The translations under genes were made by a program, and so were the position numbers. DNA of 64,000 nt from Eledone cirrhosa (taxonomy: Eukaryota), in contig OZ024755.1 of NCBI GenBank assembly GCA_964016885.1, forward strand, positions 32,240,001 through 32,304,000. Reading direction: 5' to 3'. The stretch's first letter is position 1. The number at the start of each line of letters is the position of its first letter. The notes under the pieces were generated by a model, which was not told where the DNA came from, made no database searches, and was given only the letters and a program-made list of their open reading frames with translations. Positions 25,250 through 37,739 of this stretch are shown here, piece by piece.

Positions 25250-27627
25250 CTTCATTTTCCTCTGCCTGTCACACACCTTGTGGACTGTCTCTCTGTTGAC
25301 CACTGGCCGCTGGTATCTGTCCTCTGGCACAAAACATATTGTATCTTAATATTCCTAAATATTTCACTTTGACAAAAAAAAAGTGGCAAAGAAGAAAAAA
25401 GGGACATCTGGATGGTGATCAACAATTTATGAGTGAATCTCTTGGATGCATTCCAGCAGTATCTCTTAGTAGACATCAATCGGAATTATATTATCTCAGG
25501 ATGATCCTACATCACAAGGCTGGGTCAACTTCATACAAAAATTTCAGGATAATTGAAGGAGTTGAATTTCCAACATTCCAAGAAGCATGCAGGAAACTTG
25601 GTCTGTTGGATGAAGATGGAGAAAAAGACAAAGCTATGGAAGAGGCCTCATCCATTCGATTGATCCTCAGTTGCGAGAGATCTTCAGCACCATTTTATTG
25701 TACTGCATGTCAAATGACCCTCTGCAGTTCTGGGAGAAATGGAAGAATTGTCTTGCAGGGGATATCATGCACGAACGTCATGAGCAAGTCATGTCCATGC
25801 AAATCGTGCAGATTGTTCTACAGAAGATCCAACAAAGACTTCAATATGATGGCTTGGACATTCATGTCAACTATGGACTTCCTTGGCCAGACCCAACTGT
25901 TGTTGCCATACCAGAAATCAACAGGGTTCTTATGGCAGAAACTGATTTCAATACACTCCAACTGCAAGCAAACAAATGAACTTCTGCCAACATTGAATCC
26001 TGGGTAATTGGTTATTTTTCACAAAGTAATCACCTCTGTAAATGAAAATGAAGGTAGAATTTTCTGCTTGAATGCAAGTGCACAGGAATGACCTATGTCA
26101 TAAACAACCTATTGGATTACTTCTGATCTCAAAAGAAGATTGCACTTGTCACTGCTATATCTGAAATAGCGGCCACTTTGCTTCAAAAAGGTAGAACTCT
26201 TCATTCCAAGTGTAAGATTCCTCTCAATGTGACTGCTGAATCAACTTGCTCCTTCACAAAGAGGGATGCCACAGGTAAACTTATGCAGCAAGCTGACCTG
26301 CTAATCATTGATGAGATAGGTATGGGACGTAAGCATATCTTCGAATGTCTTGACAGGAGCTTCAAAGATGTTTGAGATTGCACAAAGCCATTTCGTGGTC
26401 TAACAGTATTACTATCTGGTGACTGGAAGCAAATTCTTCCAGTTGTACATCATGGTGCTAGACCACAAATAGTTGTTAATTAATGCTGAGGATTCTGATG
26501 AAAGACAGTTTCCAAACTACCTTCTTGATGTGGGAAATGGTAACATTCCAACTGTAGGTGCATTCACAATTCCTCTGCCAAATGAACTTTGTCTGGAATA
26601 TGGTAATGTGTCTGGACTGTGTGATTTTGTGTATACAAATCTTCCAGGAATCTACACAAACCCACTCATCATCATCATCATCATCTTCGTTTAACGTCCA
26701 TTTTCTACGCTAGCATGGGTTAGACTACTATGGCTTGCAAATAGAGCCGTTATCACTCCAACAAATGCAGCAAAATTGGTGAATGAGTTCATGGTCAACA
26801 AGTTCCCTGGTCTTGAAATAATCTACAGAAGCTCTGATACAATAGATAATGAACTGCAATATCAAATTGAGTTCATTAACAAACTTACCCCATCCGGCTT
26901 CCCAGCAACCATACTTAAACTGAAGAAAGGCAGTTGCATCATGCTTCTGAGGAATCTGGATCCTCTAAACGGGCATTGCAATGGTACACGCTACATCATC
27001 ATCAGTTTACATAATCATGTGATTGAAGCTGAAGTGGCATTGGGTCCCAATGCTGGAATAAGGTTGCACATGTATCTCAAGAGCTTGAGTTGCCGTTCAC
27101 CTTTATTCGCAAACAAGACTTTGCCCTTACATGCAACGAGGCACAAGGGCAGACATTTGAAAAGATAGGTGTATATCTACCAACACAATTCTTCTCACAT
27201 GGTCAGATGTATGTTGCATTATCAAGAGTTACAAAAAAAGAAAATATAAAAATATTAAATGAAAGGGGTCTGTTTGCAGACAAACTGTGTCTACAAAAAA
27301 TTCTACATTGATGTGAAACAGCTATCACTCTCTTTTAGTTGAAATGTATTTCAATTTTTTTTTTAATTGCTACAACAACTTAAGAAGTCTATATGTGAAT
27401 ACAGTAAAACAACAATATAGCGAAGGTCAACTCTTCATATTGATAAATCTAATTATTTTAGATTATTTTACTGATTACAGAAGACAGTGTAACACAGTCT
27501 TTGTTCAATTTATGTGCATATTGTCAATTTACGTATCATATTTATATGCATATATATTTGTGTATGATATAAATATACACACTACATATGCTAACAGAAA
27601 ACCACCCGGAGAACAGTTTTCTGCTAG
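25250..27627 (+). mobile_element. 5'-truncated, decayed Helitron: RepHel C-terminal part with Pif1-family helicase and intact 3' terminus
   Basis: ELYYLRMILHHKAGSTSY...FPTFQEACRKLGLL; GRTLHSKCKIPL; LLIIDEIGM; GDWKQILPVV; MLLRNLDPLNGHCNGTR; AQGQTFEKIGVYL..FSHGQMYVALSRV, with several frameshifts and stops. Ends in hairpin cagaaaac..gttttctg plus CTAG|T at 27624-27627. Small RTE-tail insertion at ~26668-26723. Confidence 0.92.
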
Positions 27628-27714
27628 TATTTCTAATGAAAGACACTATCTATGTCATTACCTTATTTCTAATATATTTTATAGAGTTACCTTATTTCTA
27701 ATATATTTTATAGA

Positions 27715-27847
27715 GTGTACATATTTTACAGTGTACTGGGTGTATATATTTTACAGTGTATTGGGTGTATATATTTTACAGTGTATATATTTTCCAGTGT
27801 ACTGGGTGTATATATTTTACAGTGTATTGGGTGTATATATTTTCCAG
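27715..27847 (+). repeat. ~27-bp minisatellite
   Basis: gtgtatatattttacagtgtattgg repeated about 5 times. Confidence 0.8.
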
Positions 27848-28096
27848 AGAACCGGTTAAGGCAGAAAAAGATAAAAAAGAACGGATCAAAATGGAGAAAT
27901 TAATCGGCCAACTGAAGTAAGTTTTAGTTTTATTGGTGTGTAAAGTAAGGGATATACAAGTCTGATGAGCTATTGATTCCAGATTCAGGTCCAATCAAAC
28001 CTTGAGTTCATCAATCATGAAACATGTGTCACACCTGAATCAACACAATGATGTTATATTGATACTTCGTTCCTGTTCATTATATATATATATAGG

Positions 28097-28280
28097 GCGG
28101 ACTGGCTGTATCGGTAGAGGGTCGGACATGCTTTCCAGCATAATTACGCCCCTTTGCGATCTGACTTCAAATCCCGCTGAGGTTAACTTTGCCTTTCATC
28201 CTTACGGGGTCGATAAAATAAAGTACCAGTAATGCACTGGGATAATTGCTGGCCTTGTGCCAAAAGTAGAAATAACTATT
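28097..28280 (+). mobile_element. Family A SINE
   Basis: Head, B box-like motif, central domain and tail. Confidence 0.85.
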
Positions 28281-28409
28281 TTAATAACCTCTGTCATTTT
28301 TGTTTACATCATTCTTAAACTGCGGGGCTGGAAATCATTCGGTTATTTTAAATAGAATATTAGTCTAACGACTCCATTTATACCATAAACTTGGTCTCGT
28401 CTTTGCATG

Positions 28410-28620
28410 AAATTGTTCTTCTCGCTCCACATAACGACGTATTATCCTCGCTTTTTTTCCGTTCATTGCCAGGGAACGTCTTCACGAACCAAAATATCAT
28501 CTTCCTGTTTTCCTTCGGCTGCAATGTTTCTCGAAATATTTAATTCTGCATTCACAGATTGAATTTATTAGTTTCAGAAGATCCCGTTAATGTTGAAAGC
28601 AGCGATACTTTGCTTAAACT
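28410..28620. repeat. Unclassified dispersed repeat (other copies at 8380-8490, 50330-50440, 54920-55230)
   Basis: Shared ttgttctcatcgctccacataac...gaaagcagcgattctttgcttaaactt; usually next to (TA)n. Confidence 0.7.
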
Positions 28621-28959
28621 TTCTTAACCCCCTCTCCCTTTTTTCTCATACTCCTCTATCTCTCACTCTCTACAGAATGGAGAATAATAAAGAACGCGCA
28701 GATCTCTCTCTCTTTTTATATATATGTGTTTGTTTGCGTGTGTGAACCAGCGTTGGTCGCCATTCTCTCTCTCTGTATATCTGATTATCTTGTACCTCTC
28801 TCTGTATAACGACCTATCTCACTCTACATTATAGAGAGAGAGAGTTGCAACATGTATGTAGTTTCATAGATTTTTGATGGTAGTAGTGAGAGGAATGAAG
28901 CGTGTAAGAGAGAGGGTTACAGCATGTATTTAGATTGATTTATCGATATCTTTTCATAG

Positions 28960-29117
28960 AAGCAGGAAAATTTTGGCAAAAATTATTACGCGTTGACCTG
29001 ACTTGGTAAATTTGGAGCACATTGGAAAAAAAATCATCAAAATCGGTAGAGAAATGTGGAAATGCATAAAAATCATACACACACACAGACAGACATCTAC
29101 CGTTTTATATATATAGA
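28960..29117 (-). mobile_element. 5' end of a non-autonomous Helitron-like element
   Basis: ...caaaatcggt...cacacagacagacatctaccgttttatatatataga resembles the 12638-13012 element end. Confidence 0.5.
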
Positions 29118-29140
29118 GATGGGAAGTATACAATCTAAAA

Positions 29141-29735
29141 AGAATCGAACTCACGATCGTGAAGTCGCAATGGCTTTAAATACTTTGCGCATGCGCACTG
29201 ATGTCTACTTTTTTGCGCATGTGTAATTGGCCTAATTCTGTTTCGCAAAAACAAAATGGCCGCTGGAACAATTTCTATCCCGAATGAAAAACGTTAAAAA
29301 CTTGGATTTTACTATTTATAAGGAGGTAAAGTAAAGTTTTATTTTATGTTGAACAGTTTTATGTTTATTTCCTTCCATAAACGTCAGCAATAATTATTGA
29401 AACGATAGTTTTGTTTAGCTACTGCAACATCTCCATGTAGTGTTGTATTTCAATGGTGCTCATTGTTACGTGATAGATTGATCATGCTACATTATCTTAT
29501 GCAAGAACGTTACGTTTCCAAAGCAATCCAGGTTAAAGACATGTTGTCATTGCTTATATATGTTCCACTTTACATGTTTGTGCAGTTGATTGTCAATCTG
29601 CCACTCCTAGTAAGCAGTTAGAACCATTGATGTATACCTACATGGCACACCAAAACCACCCTCCTCCATAGTTGGTCAATTCCAGGTGAGAGGGTGATCG
29701 AAGCAGTTTAAGGACGTATACTTCTCGTGGGAACC
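29141..29735 (+). promoter_or_regulatory. Promoter-like ~600-bp module (NRF1-type palindrome, YY1-like motif, two splice-bounded blocks); inverted homologues at 38077-38625, 42230-42825, 45272-45935
   Basis: TGCGCATGCGCA at 29186-29197; caaaATGGCCGC at 29252-29263; donor GAG|GTAAAG at 29325; acceptor tgcag| at 29585; donor CAG|GTGAGA at 29685. Most of these motifs are retained in the inverted copies. Confidence 0.45.
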
Positions 29736-30370
29736 TCTACGGCTAGCTACTTCTCTTAGGTTCCTCTTGGTCAATGCCAGGTTGGAGAGGGACATGAGCA
29801 CTTTAAAGGCGTAAACATCTCGTACGATCCTCTTCGGCCAGCTAAACCATAATCAGTGCCTAAACATCTCGTAGGATCTTCTACAGCCAGCTAAACCCTG
29901 GTCACTAAAACCACCCTTCTCCACAGTTGGTGAATTCCAGATGAGAGGGCGATTGAAGCACTTTAAGGGCGTAAACATCTCATACGATCCTCTACGGCCA
30001 GCTAAACCTTGGTCAATGCCAGGTTAGATAAGCAGTTTAAAGCCGTATACTTCTCGTGGGATCCTCTACGGCCAGCTAAACCATGATCAGTGCTTGTAAA
30101 CATCTCGTAGGAACCTCTACAGCCAGCTAAACCCTCGTACGATAATCTCTGGTCAGTGTCAGGTTAGAGGCTGAAAGAAGCAGTTTTAGAATGCATACTT
30201 CCCATAGTATTTCCTACGGCCAGCTGAACCCTAGTCACTACAAGCTTAGAGGGCGAGAGAAGCATATACTTCACATAGTATCTCCTCTGGCCAAAGAAGC
30301 AGTTTTAGCGTATACGTCCCATAGGATGTCGTACGGCCAACTAAAGCTGGTCAGTATCAGGTATGAGGGC
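29700..30370 (+). repeat. Degenerate ~65-75 bp tandem repeats
   Basis: aagcagtttaagggcgtaaacatctcgtaggatcctctacggccagctaaacc... repeated about 9 times. Confidence 0.8.
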
Positions 30371-30884
30371 GAAAGAAGCAAGTCAATAATGTTGCTGGAC
30401 TGTCGTCTAAACGGAGGTAATATATATGTTACCAGCTTGACATAAGTATATTTATTTCCATAAAAATTGTTCCGTATATACGTTCAAAATTACTTTATAT
30501 ATAGAAACGGAATGAGTGAGATAACACACGGAATATATTTTGAGACGTGTTATCTCCCTTTCCGTTTCTATATTTTTTTTTAAAAAAGTAAATAAAATTT
30601 TACCTATAAATATATCTATTTTACTTAGTAGAATTGCGGCTTGTGCGTGGCGATGCGCGCAACGGCTCGGACGTCGTCGGCTACGTATGTATGTGTCGTT
30701 TCCATACTATGTATCCCAAGTTCGAATCGTTGTGGTGTGCACGTGGCTACGGCGGCTGGGATGTTTGCAGGCTGGCTATATGCTGGCCTGCGTCCTAGAC
30801 CACGATGAGAATCCGCTTTACCCCCTTTTGCTAAAAAATGTTAGAATTATCTCCCTTTATTTAACTCTTTTTTCAATAAGAAAA

Positions 30885-33230
30885 TTTTTTTTCGACTCTT
30901 CAAAATCACATTTCATTTCGACTTTTCAGAAACATACATTTCATATAGAATTTTTTTCGACTTTTGAAAAACACTCATTTCATATAGAATTTTTTTTCGA
31001 CTTTTCAGAAACACACATTTCATATAGAATTTTCAGAAACATACATTTCATATAGAATCTTTTTTCGACTTTTCAGAAACATACATTTCATATAGAATTT
31101 TTTTTCGACTTTTGAAAAACACTTATTTCATATAGAATTTTTTTTCGACTTCTCAGAAACATACATTTCATATAGAATTTTTTTTCGACTTTTCAGAAAC
31201 ATACATTTCATATAGAATTTTTTTTCGACTTTTGAAAAACACTCATTTCATATAGAATTTTTTTTCGACTTTTCAGAAACATACATTTTATATAGAATTT
31301 TTTTTCGACTTTTGAAAAACACCCATTTCATATAGAATTTTTTTTCGACTTTTGAAAAACATACATTTCATATAGAATTTTTTTTCGACTTTTGAAAAAC
31401 ACTCATTTCATATAGAATTTTTTTTCGACTTTTGAAAAACATACATTTCATATAGAATTTTTTTTCGACTTTTCAGAAACATACATTTCATATAGAATTT
31501 TTTTTCGACTTTTCAGAAACATACATTTCATATAGATTTTTTTTTTCGACTTTTGAAAAACACTCATTTCATATAGAATTTTTTTTCGACTTTTGAAAAA
31601 CATACATTTCATATAGAATTTTTTTTCGACTTTTGAAAAACACTCATTTCATATAGAATTTTTTTTCGACTTTTGAAAAACATACATTTCATATAGAATT
31701 TTTTTTCGACTTTTGAAAAACATACATTTCATATAGAATTTTTTTTCGACTTTTGAAAAACATACATTTCATATAGAATTTTTTTTCGACTTTTGAAAAA
31801 CACTCATTTCATATAGATTTTTTTTTCGACTTTTGAAAAACATACATTTCATATAGAATTTTTTTTCGACTTTTGAAAAACATACATTTCATATAGAATT
31901 TTTTTTTGACTTTTCAGAAACATACATTTCATATAGAATTTTTTTTCGACTTTTGAAAAACATACATTTCATATAGAATTTTTTTTCGACTTTTGAAAAA
32001 CACTCATTTCATATAGAATTTTTTTTCGACTTTTGAAAAACATACATTTCATATAGAATTTTTTTTCGACTTTTGAAAAACATACATTTCATATAGAATT
32101 TTTTTTCGACTTTTGAAAAACACTCATTTCATATAGAATTTTTTTTCGACTTTTGAAAAACATACATTTCATATAGAATTTTTTTTCGACTTTTGAAAAA
32201 CATACATTTCATATAGAATTTTTTTTCGACTTTTGAAAAACATACATTTCATATAGAATTTTTTTTCGACTTTTGAAAAACACTCATTTCATATAGATTT
32301 TTTTTTCGACTTTTGAAAAACATACATTTCATATAGAATTTTTTTTCGACTTTTGAAAAACACTCATTTCATATAGAATTTTTTTTCGACTTTTGAAAAA
32401 CATACATTTCATATAGAATTTTTTTTCGACTTTTGAAAAACATACATTTCATATAGAATTTTTTTTCGACTTTTGAAAAACATACATTTCATATAGAATT
32501 TTTTTTCGACTTTTGAAAAACACTCATTTCATATAGATTTTTTTTTCGACTTTTGAAAAACATACATTTCATATAGAATTTTTTTTTGACTTTTCAGAAA
32601 CATACATTTCATATAGAATTTTTTTTCGACTTTTGAAAAACATACATTTCATATAGAATTTTTTTTCGACTTTTGAAAAACACTCATTTCATATAGAATT
32701 TTTTTTCGACTTTTGAAAAACATACATTTCATATAGAATTTTTTTTCGACTTTTGAAAAACATACATTTCATATAGAATTTTTTTTCGACTTTTGAAAAA
32801 CATACATTTCATATAGAATTTTTTTTCGACTTTTGAAAAACACTCATTTCATATAGATTTTTTTTTCGACTTTTCAGAAACATACATTTCATATAGAATT
32901 TTTTTTCGACTTTTCAGAAACATACATTTCATATAGATTTTTTTTTCGACTTTTGAAAAACACTCATTTCATATAGAATTTTTTTTCGACTTTTCAGAAA
33001 CATACATTTCATATAGAATTTTTTTTCGACTTTTGAAAAACACTCATTTCATATAGAATTTTTTTTCGACTTTTGAAAAACATACATTTCATATAGAATT
33101 TTTTTTCGACTTTTGAAAAACATACATTTCATATAGAATCTTTTTTCGACTTTCCAAAAACACTCATTTCATATAGAAATTTTTTTGACACTTTCAAAAA
33201 CACACATTTCATATAGTTTTTTTTAGACAC
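30885..33230 (+). repeat. 40-bp satellite array (~58 copies)
   Basis: Unit ttttttcgacttttgaaaaacatacatttcatatagaatt with catac/cactc and gaaaaa/cagaaa variants. Confidence 0.97.
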
Positions 33231-33763
33231 TTCATTTAGATTCTTTATAGACACTTCATCTAGATTCTTAGTTTCTTTTTAGACACTTCATTTAGATTCT
33301 TAGTTTCTTTTTTTTAGACACTTCATCTAGATTCTTAGACACTTCATCTAGATTCTTAGTTTATTTTTAGACACTTCATTTAGATTCTTAGTTTCTTTTT
33401 TTAGACACTTCATCTAGATTCTTAGACACTTCATTTAGATTCTTTTTTTTTTTAGACACCGTTCAAGGGAGACAACTCTTACTTAGAAAGAGTTACCTCC
33501 CTTGAATTTTTTATCCACTTTAGCGACATCAGTTTCTCGATCCAGCCTCTTCACCATGCATGAGTATGTGATGTCGCTAAAGTGGAGAAGTAAAAAAAAA
33601 AAAAAAAATGGTGCCCCGTTTATCGATATTTTCAAAAAACATTCGTAGTTTCTTTATTTAGAAACTTTATCGTTCTTAGTTTCTTTGAAGAAACTTTAGC
33701 TACACTTTTAGTTTCTTTATTTAGAAACTTCATATACACTTACGTTCATTTTAGTACTCTTAC

Positions 33764-33949
33764 CCAGTTTCTTGCAGACTCTTGATTTCTTTTTTCATTT
33801 CATGTTTGTCAAAATAAAATGAACACAATTCGTATATAATATGTAAACATTCTTTATTCATTTTTGTCAAATTATAATGAAAACTTTCTTTATTAACAGA
33901 AACTTCGCCATTCTCACGGCAAGCAACACAACACATGAAAGCTGGACAC
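33764..33949 (-). CDS. Candidate 186-bp internal coding exon (Cys-rich, product unknown)
   Basis: Acceptor ctttcatttgtttttccag|G and donor CTGG|GTAAGA bound a stop-free phase 2-2 frame CPAFMCCVACRENGEVSVNKESFHYNLTKMNKECLHIIYELCSFYFDKHEMKKEIKSLQETG. Confidence 0.4.
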
Positions 33950-34267
33950 CTGGAAAAACAAATGAAAGTCATTTTCATACGTTGTCAATAAAAAGAATAT
34001 ATAATTATTCATTTGATGGAAGCTGGTTGATCAAATATCTGCCGACGTTTTCTTAAACAGACTTGAATCACTGGTATGGTAAGCAAATAGGGTCCCACGT
34101 AAATTAGGCTGACCATTATAGTTGGATTCTGGTTTGTGTTTGATATACATCATCTGACTATAAATTCTCATTCTCGTAGACAGAATAAAATAATATTAAA
34201 TTCTTCCAATTTTGTCTTTTATTATATATACATTTAAATAGAGGAAACCTTTTCCTACATCAAAGGT

Positions 34268-37200
34268 AACTAATAATGTAGATGAAGTGTATAGTGAAAG
34301 AAACTAATAATGTAGATGAAGTGTATAGTGAAAGAAACTAATAATGTAGATGAAGTGTATAGTGAAAGAAACTAATAATGTAGATGAAGTGTATAGTGAA
34401 AGAAACTAATAATGTAGATGAAGTGTATAGTGAAAGAAACTAATAATGTAGATGAAGTGTATAGTGAAAGAAACTAATAATGTAGATGAAGTGTATAGTG
34501 AAAGAAACTAATAATGTAGATGAAGTGTATAGTGAAAGAAACTAATAATGTAGATGAAGTGTATAGTGAAAGAAACTAATAATGTAGATGAAGTGTATAG
34601 TGAAAGAAACAATAATGTAGATGAAGTGTATAGTGAAAGAAACAATAATGTAGATGAAGTGTATAGTGAAAGAAACAATAATGTAGATGAAGTGTATAGT
34701 GAAAGAAACAATAATGTAGATGAAGTGTATAGTGAAAGAAACAATAATGTAGATGAAGTGTATAGTGAAAGAAACAATAATGTAGATGAAGTGTATAGTG
34801 AAAGAAACAATAATGTAGATGAAGTGTATAGTGAAAGAAACAATAATGTAGATGAAGTGTATAGTGAAAGAAACAATAATGTAGATGAAGTGTATAGTGA
34901 AAGAAACAATAATGTAGATGAAGTGTATAGTGAAAGAAACAATAATGTAGATGAAGTGTATAGTGAAAGAAACAATAATGTAGATGAAGTGTATAGTGAA
35001 AGAAACAATAATGTAGATGAAGTGTATAGTGAAAGAAACAATAATGTAGATGAAGTGTATAGTGAAAGAAACAATAATGTAGATGAAGTGTATAGTGAAA
35101 GAAACAATAATGTAGATGAAGTGTATAGTGAAAGAAACTAATAATGTAGATGAAGTGTATAGTGAAAGAAACTAATAATGTAGATGAAGTGTATAGTGAA
35201 AGAAACTAATAATGTAGATGAAGTGTATAGTGAAAGAAACTAATAATGTAGATGAAGTGTATAGTGAAAGAAACTAATAATGTAGATGAAGTGTATAGTG
35301 AAAGAAACTAATAATGTAGATGAAGTGTATAGTGAAAGAAACTAATAATGTAGATGAAGTGTATAGTGAAAGAAACTAATAATGTAGATGAAGTGTATAG
35401 TGAAAGAAACTAATAATGTAGATGAAGTGTATAGTGAAAGAAACTAATAATGTAGATGAAGTGTATAGTGAAAGAAACTAATAATGTAGATGAAGTGTAT
35501 AGTGAAAGAAACTAATAATGTAGATGAAGTGTATAGTGAAAGAAACTAATAATGTAGATGAAGTGTATAGTGAAAGAAACTAATAATGTAGATGAAGTGT
35601 ATAGTGAAAGAAACTAATAATGTAGATGAAGTGTATAGTGAAAGAAACTAATAATGTAGATGAAGTGTATAGTGAAAGAAACTAATAATGTAGATGAAGT
35701 GTATAGTGAAAGAAACTAATAATGTAGATGAAGTGTATAGTGAAAGAAACTAATAATGTAGATGAAGTGTATAGTGAAAGAAACTAATAATGTAGATGAA
35801 GTGTATAGTGAAAGAAACTAATAATGTAGATGAAGTGTATAGTGAAAGAAACTAATAATGTAGATGAAGTGTATAGTGAAAGAAACTAATAATGTAGATG
35901 AAGTGTATAGTGAAAGAAACTAATAATGTAGATGAAGTGTATAGTGAAAGAAACTAATAATGTAGATGAAGTGTATAGTGAAAGAAACTAATAATGTAGA
36001 TGAAGTGTATAGTGAAAGAAACTAATAATGTAGATGAAGTGTATAGTGAAAGAAACTAATAATGTAGATGAAGTGTATAGTGAAAGAAACTAATAATGTA
36101 GATGAAGTGTATAGTGAAAGAAACTAATAATGTAGATGAAGTGTATAGTGAAAGAAACTAATAATGTAGATGAAGTGTATAGTGAAAGAAACTAATAATG
36201 TAGATGAAGTGTATAGTGAAAGAAACTAATAATGTAGATGAAGTGTATAGTGAAAGAAACTAATAATGTAGATGAAGTGTATAGTGAAAGAAACTAATAA
36301 TGTAGATGAAGTGTATAGTGAAAGAAACTAATAATGTAGATGAAGTGTATAGTGAAAGAAACTAATAATGTAGATGAAGTGTATAGTGAAAGAAACTAAT
36401 AATGTAGATGAAGTGTATAGTGAAAGAAACTAATAATGTAGATGAAGTGTATAGTGAAAGAAACTAATAATGTAGATGAAGTGTATAGTGAAAGAAACTA
36501 ATAATGTAGATGAAGTGTATAGTGAAAGAAACTAATAATGTAGATGAAGTGTATAGTGAAAGAAACTAATAATGTAGATGAAGTGTATAGTGAAAGAAAC
36601 TAATAATGTAGATGAAGTGTATAGTGAAAGAAACTAATAATGTAGATGAAGTGTATAGTGAAAGAAACTAATAATGTAGATGAAGTGTATAGTGAAAGAA
36701 ACTAATAATGTAGATGAAGTGTATAGTGAAAGAAACTAATAATGTAGATGAAGTGTATAGTGAAAGAAACTAATAATGTAGATGAAGTGTATAGTGAAAG
36801 AAACTAATAATGTAGATGAAGTGTATAGTGAAAGAAACTAATAATGTAGATGAAGTGTATAGTGAAAGAAACTAATAATGTAGATGAAGTGTATAGTGAA
36901 AGAAACTAATAATGTAGATGAAGTGTATAGTGAAAGAAACTAATAATGTAGATGAAGTGTATAGTGAAAGAAACTAATAATGTAGATGAAGTGTATAGTG
37001 AAAGAAACTAATAATGTAGATGAAGTGTATAGTGAAAGAAACTAATAATGTAGATGAAGTGTATAGTGAAAGAAACTAATAATGTAGATGAAGTGTATAG
37101 TGAAAGAAACTAATAATGTAGATGAAGTGTATAGTGAAAGAAACTAATAATGTAGATGAAGTGTATAGTGAAAGAAACTAATAATGTAGATGAAGTGTAT

Positions 37201-37570
37201 AGTGAAAGAAACTAATAATGTAGATGAAGTGTATAGTGAAAGAAACTAATAATGTAGATGAAGTGTATAGTGAAAGAAACTAATAATGTAGATGAAGTGT
37301 ATAGTGAAAGAAACTAATAATGTAGATGAAGTGTATAGTGAAAGAAACTAAGAATGTAGATGAAGTGTATAGTGAAAGAAACTAATAATGTAGATGAAGT
37401 GTATAGTGAAAGAAACTAATAATGTAGATGAAGTGTATAGTGAAAGAAACTAATAATGTAGATGAAGTGTATAGTGAAAGAAACTAAGAATGTAGATGAA
37501 GTGTATAGTGAAAGAAACTAATAATGTAGATGAAGTGTATAGTGAAAGAAACTAATAATGTAGATGAAGT
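34268..37570 (+). repeat. 34-bp satellite array (~97 copies) with an internal block of 33-bp units
   Basis: Unit aactaataatgtagatgaagtgtatagtgaaaga; units at ~34607-35135 lack one T. Confidence 0.97.
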
Positions 37571-37739
37571 TTCTTAAGATAGAATGTAAATAACGAAAAA
37601 AGAAACTAAGAATGTGGATGAAGTTTGTAAAGAAAGTAAGAACGTAAACCAAGTTTCTAAAGAAAAAAAATAAGAATGTGAACCAAGTTTCTAAAGTAAG
37701 AAACTAAGAATATATATGAAGTTTCTAAGGAAAAGAACA

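Noticed and set aside
29326-29585. Possible intronic snoRNA in the repeated module
   Set aside because: No conserved C/D boxes or H/ACA architecture between the copies.
30540-31055. 171-aa ORF over the CpG-rich stretch
   Set aside because: Non-ATG start, runs into the satellite, and has no recognisable domain.
34554-35141. 195-aa (NNNVDEVYSER)n ORF
   Set aside because: Artefact of the 33-bp satellite variant block.
34268-37570. Regular 34-bp repeats resembling a CRISPR array
   Set aside because: Units are head-to-tail with no unique spacers, there are no cas genes, and the context is eukaryotic.
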